Origin: Callorhinchus milii
Lineage: Eukaryota
Direction of reading: 5' to 3'
Assembly (NCBI RefSeq): GCF_018977255.1
Contig: NW_024704742.1
Coordinates: 80,106,001 to 80,170,000, forward strand
Length of the DNA stretch: 64,000 nucleotides
How positions within the stretch are numbered: position 1 is the first letter of the stretch; each line of letters begins with the position of its first letter. The notes beneath the pieces are model-generated. The model ran no database searches, was not told where the DNA came from, and worked only from the letters and a program-made list of their open reading frames with translations. This document shows, piece by piece, positions 12,245-25,011 of this stretch. The position numbers and the translations under genes are program-made.

Positions 12245-13110
12245 GTACAATGTTTGCGGATGAAGCTAAACTGGAAAGTTTAATGGATGGCAAGAGAATT
12301 CAAGAGGATTTAAACAGTGCAAGTAGCTGATCAGCAGCAAATAGAAGTTTAATGAAAGTAAACGTGAAGTGATTGATTTTGGTCGGAAAAATGAAGGAAG
12401 TGAATATATATTGAATGGCAGCAACTTACAAGAAGCTGAAAAGCAAAAGGATTTGGGAATAAAGGTACATAGGTCAATGAAAATCGCATCAAAAGTGGCA
12501 AAGGCTGTAAAGATGGTGGGGTTTATAGCAGATTAAGTTTTATATATGGGGCATTGAGTACAAAAAGCAAAGAAATAATGTTACATTTGTAGTAATCATT
12601 GGTTAGGTCACATGTAGAGTACTGCATCCAATTTTGGGCATCTCACTTCAGGAAATATGCTAGAGGGTTGTGGAGGAAGTTTATGAGAATAATTCCGGGG
12701 ATGAAGGGTTACAGTGATGAGGAGAGATTGAAAAGGCAAGGTCTGTTTTCATTGGAGCAGAGAAGGTTAAGAAGGAACCTGATACAAAATTAGGTTTTAG
12801 GGTAAATAGGGTGGTTATTTCCATCAATAGGAGAATCATTAACTGGGGGACAGTTTAAGATAGCCAAAAGAACCATGAAAGGAGAATTTAAGATATTTTT
12901 TCACCGATGTGGAACCCCCTGCTGAGTAGGGTGGTGAGGACAAAGTCCATTGTTGCTTTTAAGAGGGAAGTAGACAGGCATATGAAAGACAGAGGCTTGA
13001 CTGGGATATGGGGATAAGGTGGAACAGGGGATTGATTTTTTTCCTCCTTACTCTATGAGCTAGTGCAGACTCGATGGGCTGAATGACCTCTTACCCTGCA
13101 GATTTCTATG
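12245..13110 (+). mobile_element. Degraded CR1 LINE 3' portion
   Basis: tttgcggatgaagctaaactgg (FADD-like), VRSHVEYCIQFW and LFSLEQRRLR, then 3'UTR gatgggctgaatgacctct. Confidence 0.9.
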
Positions 13111-15311
13111 TTGCTAAATGCAAGTTGTTGTTTTCTCACCAAATCCTGAGAGGTTCAGATGAATAAAACCTTTGGCCTTGTGTGCTTTCATCCTTCACCT
13201 ATTACATCATTAAAGTTTATTAAATTAGTCTAGAATCTGTTCTGTTGGTTATTCTCCTCATTAAAAAAATATTTCTAATGTCTTGCCGTTCACATTCCCG
13301 AAATTGGGGCTTTGCTCATACTGCCTCGGCACTTGTAGGACTATTGTTCTGGGTTTATTTTCGCTACCCCATTCAGCAACTTCTATATCTCTCTCTCTTC
13401 ACAGGATGGTGACTTGCAAGCAGTGTATAAATACTATGCAAATTGCCTGCTGTGTTTGCTATTAAATGCAGACACTACACTTCACAGTAAAATCCTGTGA
13501 AGCTCTTTGAGATGTCTCAATGATGCAATAAGTAACTACATCATATGCAAGGAGTATTATTATTATTATTATTATATCAAATGCTATTATTATTATAATT
13601 ACAATACAGTTTGAGGAAAAACAAATATTCTATTTTGCAGCTGAGCTTGGTCTTTTTCTCACCGAACGTCCACAAACGTGTACCTCATCTGAGATTACTG
13701 GATAATAATCAAGAGTTGGGTTCACCCTCCATAAACCCAGGGAGTTGATGTCAATCGTTGGACAAAAACTAACTCACCTTGGGCAATTTCAACTTAATAC
13801 AATAGCACTGGATTATAAATGTAAAGTTCAATTCTACATTATAAAAATATACAGTATTGGAGTCATTTCTAAGGGAACAGTGACATTGCCTGGATAGCAT
13901 GATGCAGAACCCCCCCCCACCCCATTGTGTTTCTGGTCAGTTACACTATATTGCATCTCTATTTAAATGGCCTATTTCACAATAGACATTTCTAAGACTT
14001 TAGGATTAGACATCTGATTAACATACTGTGCAACAATCTTTCTTCAAACCCTCAGACTATTTCCTTATCTATTAATCTATGCAAAGTCTGCCTAATGCTT
14101 AAGCATTTCTCAGTTCGTTAGAACACTAAGTGAAAATCTATCTTTGTAGTTGTCGATAACCAAACCCTTTTTGAAAAAAACAGTTAGAACATTGTTTAGA
14201 ACAAAGAGGAAAAGCTAGAAGCAGTGCACAGTAATGGGCGTAACACAAGATGTTAAAGATCAACAATATTATAACAACAACAAAATTTGGAATTATTTAG
14301 CGCCCTTCACGCAGGATAGCATCTCAGAGCAGAGATCCCAAGGCATATTCAAAAAGATAAGGGAGTTTCTTCCTGTATCCCAGTGAACAATTGAAGATAA
14401 AACGGTCATTCACTTCATCGCTGCTTGTGGGACTTTGCTGTATGCAAACAGGCTACGGAATTTGCCTACAAAGTCTCTACACTTCAGAGTGCAAATGCCG
14501 TAAAGTGTTCTAGAAAGTTCATTGAGGTGATGAGGTGTTACATCAAATGTAAGTATAATAAATCTTGAGTAGGTGTAATATTTGTCTGGATTCCTTATAA
14601 AAGAATCCTGCTAGAAATTGCTGAAGATCCCTTATTCTTTCACAATTAGTCATCACTTGAATGAAAAAACAGGTCGTTTATATTTCTGTTCATTACATCT
14701 CCACAGTCAAAGATATCAAACACGTCTGTGAAACCAAATAATTTGTCAGCCAAGTGCTATCTACAGTGAGTGAACATAGTCATAGTCTGATCAAATGCTA
14801 CCAGTTCAAATACTCCAAAGATGAAATTAACTGCTCCTTTACATTATAATTTAACCTTCAATGTTGTAAATAACCAGACATGGAAATGGTTCATGACAGG
14901 ATGAGACAATGTATCAGGCCAACCTTGACTAATCTAACATTGAATAGATATATTATGTAGATCTATTTATTTTTGTGCTCAACAAGGTGAAGGAATTTTG
15001 TTCTGGTGGAATACGTTTTCACTGAAGTCGTCTGCAGTCTGTGGTTAGGCACAGCACAGACCAAATGCAGTAGTTAGCTTAACATCAGTGAAGACCTTCC
15101 TCCCACCATCTTCACCATCCCAACAGCAGTATAACACTACCCATTTCCAGCCATAGGTGGCATGCATATTTGGGAATCTTTCTGGATATCCTTTAACAAG
15201 GTGATGGGTTTCCATGTGTGTCAGAAGCCAGCAGAAGACCATTTCTATGGTTGCCCTTTCTTTTGATTCAGACTGTGACTTTCAAAAGAGATAGTGGCAA
15301 TCAATATAAAA

Positions 15312-15660
15312 TCGGGGCAAAATGTTAGGCAAGTTTCCTTACACCACACACCTCTGCTTACCTAGCAGTAAGTAAGAATTTGATTGTTTGTCGATTAGCG
15401 TAGTCCTGTAGCTCAGTGGTTAGAGAACTCGCCTCACAAGCGAGAGACCTGGGTTCAAATCCCGGCAGAGTGAAATGTTGGGCAACTTTCCTTACTCCAC
15501 ATGCCCCTGTTTACCTAGCAGTAAGCAGGAACCCGGTTGTTAGTCGATTCATCCACAGAATATACAGACAATTCACTTTAGAGTATATTTTGTGAAGCGC
15601 TTTGAGACGTTTCAAAGATATGATAAGGCACAACATCAAAAGCAAGGATTATTATTATTT
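15312..15660 (+). mobile_element. tRNA-SINE preceded by a partial copy of its own central domain
   Basis: ggcaagtttccttacaccacac...acctagcagtaag..gtcgatt occurs at about 15328-15396 and again at about 15481-15549, with the tRNA head between them. Confidence 0.85.
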
Positions 15661-16264
15661 ATTCGCATTCCAGGGGTAATAATCCCTTCTCCCCAAAAAT
15701 AAATAAATTTGATCACTCAATTTATTATTATAAATTAGAAGCAGTTTTGTCTGATTACATGGATTGCTTTCGTCAGCAGTTGTGGGCAGCTTTCATACTC
15801 CGTTCACTGAAGTAAAAGGGGAACCCGCTGAACGACTGCAACATCCAGAACCTCAACTTGCTTTTTGTATGAAGCAGATTAAAGATTTAGAGACCCATGC
15901 ACTGCCTAGAAGTTTTTGGTTATCTGCTACATATTAATTCTGTCAAACACACGGAGTTTGGTGTGGGAGAGGACACGGGCTGCAGAGTTCTGGATTATCT
16001 GGGCTGCACACAGTTACCTTTATCTAAATGTTTTTACCCCGCATTCGTATCCTCCTGACATGAAAGGCGCTACATAAATGTAAATTTGTATTGCATTTAT
16101 CTCTCAATTTCCACTCGCAGTTACATTCTGGAACAAATGCAATTTTACATGCACATTGAACACGAGCCTTACAGTGAATTCTTTATGAAGGTTAAATGTA
16201 TTTTCAAAAGCGTAAATGTCCAGATGAGATATTCTGTTCCACCTTAACTTTATAATAACACAGT

Positions 16265-16552
16265 AATAAATAATAATACTCCTTGTATTTGGTTTAGCGC
16301 TTTTCACGTTGGGACATTCCAAAGCACTTCATAAGATATATTGTAAAGTGGAGTGACAGTGTTTTGTGGGTGAACGTTGCTGCCAGTTTGCACACAGCAA
16401 TGTCACACAAATAACCAAAGAGTGAATAACTCATTTTATTTGAGAGATTGTCAGCCAGGACAAACCCTTCTCTGTTTGAATAGTGCTGTGGGATCTTTAA
16501 TGTCCACCTGAACAGACAGATGGGGCCTTGGTTTAACATCTCATCCAAAGGA
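16265..16552 (-). mobile_element. Deu-domain SINE remnant
   Basis: Reverse complement of the Deu-SINE body (gggatctttaatgtccacctgaacag...ttggtttaacatctcatcc). Confidence 0.8.
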
Positions 16553-16935
16553 CAAGAAACTGTTCATCTATAAAATGCACAGTCACTACACTTAAAGTAA
16601 ATCCTGCACAGTACTTTGAAACATCCTCCCAACAGGCATATATCAAATACAAGGATTATTATTGCATTGATAGTAAAGCACTGATCAACTCTCCATCAAT
16701 TAACACATGGCAGCAAAGGCTGTCACAAAGGGTATTTAGCCTAAGAAACCTGAACAACTTAATACAAAGTGATCAGGTTTGTCATGTTCCTTTGTCATGA
16801 GTTTTAAATGTATCTCAAACATACCAGATAAATTCATAAATTGTCTACAGTATTTTCGCAAGCAAATACTTCAGAGGAATTGCTGGCTTTAAGGAGAAGG
16901 TCTCACCAATTCCTATTGTTTTTGAGATTAGTCAG

Positions 16936-17658
16936 ACAACAAGAAGAAGATTACATTTGTATAGCGCCTTTCACATCGGGAGGACATCCCAAGGCACTGG
17001 ACAGTGTACAGCATTTCAGACCTGAGCTTTGGTCGGTGGGTGGGGGGGGGAAAGGGGGTGGCTGATGGCATGGTCGAAGAGGAAGGTCTTGAGGCAGGAT
17101 TGAAGGAGGCTAAAGAGGGTGTCGAGGTGGAGTGACTGGGGAATGGAATTCCAGAGGTTGGGGGCAGAGTGGTTGAAGGCTCTCCCACCAATGATGGGGC
17201 GGGTGGGTCAGGGGACGTGGAGCAGGCCAGAGCCGGTTGAGTGGAGGGAACGGGGGGGGTTGGTAGGGGGTTAGGAGGTCGAAGAGGTAGGGTGGGGCGA
17301 GGCCATGGAGGGCTTTGTATGTGAGGACCAGGATCTTGAACTGGATCCTCTGAAGGATAGGGAGCCAATGGAGTCGGGCGAGAGTGGGGGAGATGGGGTC
17401 ACGGAGTTTGGTGCGGGAGAGGACACGGGCTGCAGAGCTCTGGATTATCTGCAGTCTGTGGAGGGAGGAGTTGGGGATGCCGACAAGCAGGGCATTTGTA
17501 TAGTCGAGCCTGGATGTGATGAAGGCATGAACAAGAGTTTCAGCGGCCTGAGGGGTAAGATAGTGGCGGAGTCGGGCGATGTTACGGAGGTGAAGGAAGG
17601 CAGAGCGGGTCATAGCTTGAATGTGAGGGAGAAAAGACAGTTGAGGGTCGAACAAGAC
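16936..17658 (-). mobile_element. Older L2 (type B tail), 3' part
   Basis: ORF 17110-17655 reads FDPQLSFLPHIQ...SRLDY...LHWLP. Tail ttacatttgtatagcgcc. Confidence 0.93.
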
Positions 17659-18458
17659 AACAACAACAACAAGGTTCCATTTATAGAGCGCCTTTCACGT
17701 CAGGAGGACGTCCCAAGGCGCTGCACAGTTGGGTCATGACCCGAGCAGGGGGGAAATGGTCAGGGTGAGGGGAGGGAAGGGAGGGAGAGAGGAGGGGGAA
17801 ATGGTCAGGGTGAGGGGAGGGAAGGGAGGGAGCGAGGAGGAGGAAGAGAGTCGAGAGGGGAGCTGAAGGCACGGTCAAAGAGAAAGGTTTTGAGACCGGC
17901 CTTGAAGGAGGAAAGGGAGGAAGCAAGGCGAAGGCACTGGGGGATGGAGTTCCAGAGCCTGGGAGCTGAGAGGGTGAAGGCCCGACCACCGATAGGAGGG
18001 CGGTTGGGGCGGGGGACGTGGAGCAGACCGGAGCCAGAGGAACGGAGGGTACGGGCAGGTAGGTAGGGGGATAGTAGGTTGGAGAGGTAGGAGGGAGCAA
18101 GGCCGTGAATGGCCTTGTAGGTGAGGATGAGGATCTTGAAATCAATCCTCTGGGGGATGGGGAGCCAGTGGAGGCGAGCGAGGGTGGGAGTGATGTGATC
18201 GCGAAGCCTGGTGCGGGACAGTACACGAGCTGCAGAGTTCTGAATGACCTGCAGCTTGTGGAGGGAGGTGGCGGGAAGGCCGGCGAGGAGAGAGTTCCCA
18301 TAGTCCAGCCTTGAGGTGACAAAGGCGTGAACCAGGGTTTCAGTGGCGTGAGGGGTGAGGTAGTGCCGTAGTCTGGCGATATTCCGGAGGTGATGGAAGG
18401 CGGTGCCAGTTGTGGTGCGGATGTGAGGGAGAAAGGACAGCTCAGGGTCGAACAAAAG
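17659..18458 (-). mobile_element. Young L2 (type A) inserted into the older L2
   Basis: Near-identical to the reverse complement of about 6768-7565, including the 45-bp 3'UTR duplication. Confidence 0.95.
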
Positions 18459-18742
18459 ACACCTAGGTTCCTGACTGGCTTGGTGAGTTGTAGTGAGCAA
18501 CCATGGAGTTGATGGTGCCGGAGCCTGAGGTGCTGAGGTGCTGGCGTGAGCCAATCAGGAGGGCCTCAGTCTTGTTCGCATTCACCTGTAGGAAATTTGC
18601 CCTCATCCAGGACTTCATGTCCGACAGGCAGTCTGTCGGAGTTGAGGGTGGAGGTATAAAGATAGAGTTGGGTGTCACCCGCATACATGTGGAAGTTGAC
18701 CCCATGTCTGCGGATGATGTCACCAAGGGGGAGCATGTAGAC
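18459..18742 (-). mobile_element. Continuation (5' part) of the older L2
   Basis: More diverged RT text [27 protein letters not shown]. It resumes where the 16936-17658 piece stops. Confidence 0.85.
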
Positions 18743-19529
18743 GCTGTTGAAAGGCTGCAGTATGACTTGTTGTAATATTATGAGTCAGTTTTAGAGCCTA
18801 TTCATTCATTAAAATGTACAGCGAGGGAAATTTTACCTTAATGGCTATTACTGGGTGACTAGGATATGAGTAATATCTTCACTTGATATGGTTTGTTGTG
18901 AAGAAATATGAAGGTAAAATGGTTATTGACATTATGTTCCCAGAATGTCTTCATTTCTAATATGTTTGAATACCTTTGAATTTTTCATGCCTTTCCCAAC
19001 AGGAGGAGAACTTGATTCCCAAGAGGAGGAGCATTTGATGTACAGTACACTAAATAATATTTATGCATTCAGGTTCTGTCAATCTGGTATTGCTTTTCTT
19101 TTCATGAATGCAGATGGCTGTAACATTTTATGTTACATTTGTGTTTTATTACCCAGTGAGTCATGGAACTTTATTGACTCCATGAAATTGTGTGTAATAT
19201 TTTATTTTGAAGTTTTGCCTATTGTTGAGAGCTACGGTGAAGGAGATTGACAGAGATATGTGGGGACTGGTGCCCCTGGATGCAGCAGGAGGAGACCTGA
19301 AAACGTTAATTCAGAATGGATAGCACATGCCTTACCCAAGGAGTAATAAGGGGCTGGTGTCTGGATAGGATGGCCCTAGCTTTGGGAATCTCCTTCCCCT
19401 AGTGTGTTGGTTGTACTGTGCACAGCAAATACTGTGGCCTTGTTGAACTGACTAGTTATTCTCTCAGAGGGCCCCTTGTATGCCACTCTTTGATCAGTTG
19501 TGTCGCTACCCACTTGCTGGACAATTCTA

Positions 19530-19712
19530 GGGAAGATGTATGCCTCTTCTGGAATATAATTAGATAATTATTTGGGGAGGACAGGTTTGTAGGTCTATGG
19601 GGAGAGAGTGGGGGAGTGGGATTGAATTGGATAGCTCTTTTCAAAGACCTGGCACAGACACGATGGCCGAATGGCCTCCTTCTGTGCTGTATAATTCTAT
19701 GATTCGATGATT
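19530..19712 (+). mobile_element. CR1 3' end
   Basis: gatagctcttttcaaagacctggcacagacacgatggccgaatggcctccttctgtgctgtataattctatgattc. Confidence 0.8.
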
Positions 19713-20606
19713 TGAGTGTGGTGAATTCATTAGAATTGAAAGATGTAGCTTTTCATTTCCTCCTGTGTATTACAACAGTAAATGAATATTTTTCCTCACT
19801 TGCATACCAAAGAAGGTGACAAGAAGAGGTGAAGACATTAAAAACATCTAAGGAAGTGGTACTCACTTAAGTTTTTTTTCTCTCTCTGGACAAAACGTGC
19901 ATTTCTATAGCACCCTTCAGGTAGGATAATATCTCAGAGCGTTTTACAAAGATGGGTTCAGATGCGAAGCAGAGGAGAGAAGGAGCTGACCATCTAGTTT
20001 TTAGGTGGGACTTTAAGACAGACAGAGATGGGTCAGCTTCTCAGTCAATTTTCACTTCTTGGCTATTAGTGGAGCATTGCTGTGTACAAATTGGCTGCTG
20101 TGTTCACCTACAAAACTCAGGGTCTCTACACTTTATAATACATCTTCTGAAGCACTTTGAGGCATCCTCCTGATGTGAAAGATGCTGTGTCAACTGCAAG
20201 GATTATTGTCGTATTATTTATTATTAAGTGCAGCAAATACATAAAAATGCTTGTTTAATATATAGGTGTGAAATTGGCAGTGTTTCTTATTGTGATAGCA
20301 CTGAGTAATTACGACATATACCACATTTCACGCAAAAGCATCTTTTGAGTTCTTTTGAGAGTAGTTGGAAATCTGTGAAATTAATTTCTGCTTAGCAAAG
20401 GGTTAAGGATTTGAAGAGACCATTAATTGCTTCTGACCAATACCCACTAATGTTCATAGTTTGTGAATTGGAGAAAAATAAGTCTCAAGGTGGTATCAAC
20501 AAAGGTACGGGCTTGTTCTATTTGATCAAAGATGCTGACTACCTCAGTGGAAAGGCTCTTTAGATGGGTGGGAGTGGGGTTTGGGGATGGAGGCAGGCTT
20601 AAATCA

Positions 20607-20912
20607 AATAATAATAATAATCCTTGCATTTGATATAGCACTTTTCACGTATTCTAGTCAAAGCGCTTCACAGAATAGACTGTAAAGTGAATTGACTGTA
20701 TATTTGTGGGCGAAATGCGGCAGCCAATTGCACACAGCAGTGTCCCACAAACAGTCGTGGATTGAAATGGCCAATTTATTATTGTTTTTTTTTTGAGGGA
20801 TAATTATCAGGCGTGTGGGGAAGGAAACTTGCCCAAGGTTTCACCCTGCCGGGAATCAAACCCAAGTCTCTCGCTTGCAAAACGAGTGCTCTAATCACTG
20901 AGCTACAGGACT
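20607..20912 (-). mobile_element. Young tRNA-SINE, full length (short variant)
   Basis: Reverse complement of the 57253-57573 type, with A and B boxes and a (TAA)n tail. Confidence 0.93.
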
Positions 20913-22671
20913 TCACTAATCAAGGGGGATTTGTGCTAACTAATGCGCTACCAACCTGGCAAGGTTGATCATATCTAGTCATTTGTTGCTGTTTTAGGAA
21001 TGTGACCAGTATTCCAAGCAATCTGTAAGGCTGAAACTTGCTTGCAGCATGCTCAATCTTTGACAAGATCAAAGAATCAAAATGTCATGTCTCCACTTAC
21101 CTATTCCACTCTGCTGTGAGACATATCTGTTGGTAGATATTGAGTGCTTGTCAATAATACAAGAAACATTTAAATTATTGCAAACGTTACAAATATTGCC
21201 CTTATATTTCTTCAAGTCTCTCAACTGTAAGGCCCAGATAAATATGGGGGTGGGATTTTGAGGCCCATTTGGATTTAATTTAGCCTCCTCCCAAGTCAGA
21301 AATCAAATGTCTTGGATCTGGATTTATAGACTTTGCATTCAGTGCAGAGCTAGGAGGATGGGGTGCACTATATACCGAATATACTGTTAAATTGTCCCCT
21401 TTGACAATCAATTTAGAAACACGGTATCAAATGAACATTTCAGAGAATAATTGGTGAGTGCCATTATTGCACCCAGTGCATTTATTGCCTCTTTTGCCTG
21501 ACTTGTGTAAAATTGTCTTATCTGATAAACGCAGCAAAACAGACTTGCGGGCTGACTAAATGAAAATTCAGATTAACTTAAGTGCCACAAGGTCATTTTA
21601 GTAAACTGTGCAGAAATTTACAAGATTGCACATTGTCACTTGGATGGAGAGCTACAATGCTCGCAGAATGCACTGTCTGCTTTGATTTGTATCTTGGTGA
21701 TAACGTGCTTTCCCCACTGACATGATTGCCTAGTTTGCATGCACATAAGTAACGTGTTCAGAGCGTCTATTTTATAAAACACGACAGGTTATACAAGCTT
21801 GGACGAAATGTCGACTGGATGAAAAATTGGGTTTCACAAAGAGCATGCTTCTTTGCTCCAAATTGCACCAAACATAGTTCACTGAGCATTCAGAACAAAA
21901 ATTCATTACTAAGGTTCTCGTCAATAATGAGATGGAATCCGACGACCACCGCAGAGGATAAATGGCTTGGCTATGGTTTAATTTTTTTTCTTGCTCATTA
22001 CAGTGAGCCTCCTGCTAAGCTGCACTCATTTACACGATGGTCGCTGATAGTGTTGATGTTAAAAAAAAGTTTTGCAATTATTTTATAAATTTAAATAGCT
22101 TATATTCTTAAAGGAACTTAGAAACAGGAGAACTTGTTCTTTCAGGTTATTAGATTGTAACCAATCTTTTAGTGTCTTCTCCAAATTTTATTGTCTTCTC
22201 CATGTTGAGTGTTAAGGTATGGATCAGCCATAATCTGATAAAATGGTGGAACAGGCTCGAGAAGCTGAATAGCCTTCTTCTGTTTCTAAAATATGATACA
22301 GATTTAATTAATTCCTGGAGTTGCACAGACTCATACAATGCAGAAACAGGCCATCAGACCCAACAAAGCTTTGACAGTGTTTATAGAAAGCAATTATAAG
22401 GTTAACAGCATAAGGAAAGGATAAGCATTTGGTAAAGAGGAAAACAATAAAGATTCAACACAGAAGGGTTTTGAAGAACCAGTTATGCATCATGGTAGGA
22501 GCAAGGCCTTCGCTGTTTCAAAAAATGTCTTCCAAGCAGAGGAGTAGAGGGAGAAATGAGACTCGCACTGAGCAGTCAGCTGAAGATGGAAAGGAAAATG
22601 ACTTGACAGACATATTTTCTGAAATGCTATAACCTGAACTGGGTCATATTCTGCTATAATTGGAAGAGGTC

Positions 22672-23102
22672 AACTTGGCTTAGTTGGTAACACTCTCACG
22701 TGTGAGTCAGAAGGTTGTAGACTCGAGTCCCATGTTGGGACTTTGCGCTCATAATGTACAATGATACTCCAAGTTAAAGCTACATTGCAGGAGGTGCTGT
22801 CCTTTGGTTGAAACATTAAACTGAGGTCAAATTTGCCTGTTCAGGAGGGCATTAAAGATTCCATGACATTACTCAAAACAAGATGGGAGTTTCTCTCGTA
22901 TCTGGGGCAAGAATTCCCCAAATACTTTTTTGGGGTTGTGTGTGTGTATAATATATATAATATATATAATCGCAGTGTACAAATTAGATGCTGCATTTTC
23001 TTACAAATACGTAGTCACTACACTTTACATTAAATCATGTGAAGAGCCTTGAGATATTTTAATAGTGTGATAAGCTACTAAATCGACTGCAAAGATTATT
23101 AC
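22672..23102 (+). mobile_element. Deu-domain SINE with tRNA-like head
   Basis: ttggcttagttggtaacactctc..tgagtcagaaggttg..., Deu body and tail. Confidence 0.8.
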
Positions 23103-23392
23103 TGCTACAAGTGAGGTGGTTGCTTGTCCCTCTTCCAAGAAAGGAGTAGAGTAATAAAATAAATTCACTGCAACGCTGAAGTAAAACCACAGTGTGATGG
23201 GGAAGGATTTGATTGTCAGAAACAAGCAGTCTACAGGCAAGAAAGTCATGGTGTAATAGAGAAAAAGCTATAACACTGTACTGCAATGGTCTGGACAAAG
23301 GGAGATCAAGATTTGAAAGGTATCTTGAGAGCAGTTTGTCTTATTTGCTTTAAACCTGATGAACCACATTAAAAATATTTCTGGACAAAGGC

Positions 23393-23454
23393 GGATGTCC
23401 TCCCGACGTGAAAGGCGCTCAATAAATGGAATCATGTTGTTGCTGTTGTTGTTG
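23393..23454 (+). mobile_element. Tail-only L2 (type A)
   Basis: ggatgtcctcccgacgtgaaaggcgctcaataaatggaatcatgttgttgctgttgttgttg. Confidence 0.9.
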
Positions 23455-24744
23455 ACAGAGCAAGTGATTCTTTTTGGTGGCGATCTGCATGAACTGGATA
23501 TCAATGAGGCCAATCATACTCTAGAGAAAGCGAGTGAGAGATAGAGAGATGATGCCTCCCATGGCAGTAAAAAACATGAATAATTGTAAATATTAACGTG
23601 AGGACCATGAGGTCAGTAATAGTATTTTCTAATGCGATTAAACTTGTAACTACACTGGAGATGTATGGTAGAGCCTTGACAAAAGTAGGGAGCCAATGGA
23701 GAATTAAAGAGTTCCACTCCATAGTGGTGGATGCAATAAATTCACCTCGAAATTAAGCATAATTGATGATTTAATGAAGAGTAAAGTAATATGTGGCTAA
23801 TGCTGTTTGAAGCATAAGATGTCTGATCAAAACAAATAAAGATCTTGTTTATTCTTGTATAGAAAATTTCTATGATGTATTTTATTTGAACAAAGTAGAA
23901 TTTGCCAATTGCCTTCCAAAGGTTAACCGTTTGTTCTGTGATTGAACCTTTGGTGTATTTAACACTTGGACTTTAAAGGGGCCTTTGAAGCTTGCATAAC
24001 TTAGATTTTTTTTTCACAGAACATCTGGGAAACATTACTCATACACAGAATTACATCGACTGTGCAGCACCAAGCAGGAAATTCAGCCAAAATAGTCTGT
24101 ACTTGACCTGAGCCTCCAAGCATCCTAATCAACTTCCCCAGAGCCAGATTATGGGATCTGGGGGGCCTTCATACTATGCATACAAAATATGCACCAATAC
24201 CATTTTGTGACTGGCAAACACACGTTAGTATTAAATATGACATTTTATTTTAATATATTTAAAAGTACTTACAAATAAACATAACAAGACAATTTAAAAG
24301 CATGTAAACTTGCAAAGGACATGATAACAAGCTGATTTATCTTCCAAGAGAAAATGTCACAAGAACACCAAATCCACGTGTGCTTCCGAATTGGGGGCCT
24401 GGTCTGACTGTTTTGCTGTTTTATACTGTTTTACAATAGTTATATAATTTTAGGTATTCTAGTAACATGTGTGGCTAATTTTCAACTTGATATCCATATC
24501 CAGAGCCTCTCAGTCCTCAGGGTCCTAAGACATGGTTTAGTTAGTTTATTGGTTAATCTGCACTGCAATTTCCTATCCCTTCCCATACGCCGCTATAGCC
24601 TTTTCACACATTTGTGCTGTGAATAAATGGAGAATTAAATATCTTTAAATATTGTGATTGTAATTCTTTTATGAACTCAATATTGCTGTAAAAATGTTTA
24701 TACAATTCATAAATATTTCTTCAAAAGTTCTTTATAGGTGACAT

Positions 24745-24950
24745 TTGACTTCTCACAGTGGTGGGATGGTCGTCATCTCCCAAACCTCTCGATCTATGCT
24801 CTACTCATCCGGCTCTTTCCCTCTTTCAAGCATCTCACCCTGTACCATCCTACTCTTCTCTCCTTCAAAGTAATCCTAGTCTACTGCCCCCCAAACCATT
24901 GGCTTCTTCCTCACAGATATCTCCTCCCACCACACATCCCTCTACCTCTG
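24745..24950 (+). mobile_element. Degraded L2 endonuclease-region remnant
   Basis: Translation SFKHLTLYHPTLLSFKVILVYCPP resembles the APE-domain segment of L2 ORF2 (..vYRPP). Confidence 0.6.
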
Positions 24951-25011
24951 TATTGTTTTACAAATTATGTTATTATTTTTAGATAATCCAATAATATGTG
25001 TCACTATTTTT

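Noticed and set aside
19003..19072. Plus-strand exon after a good acceptor (GGELDSQEEEHL...)
   Set aside because: No convincing donor, no recognisable protein and no partner exons.
23188..23226. V(D)J recombination signal (CACAGTG plus spacer)
   Set aside because: The nonamer matches only 5/9 at 23-bp spacing, the better nonamer sits at 21 bp, and there is no adjacent V, D or J-like coding segment.
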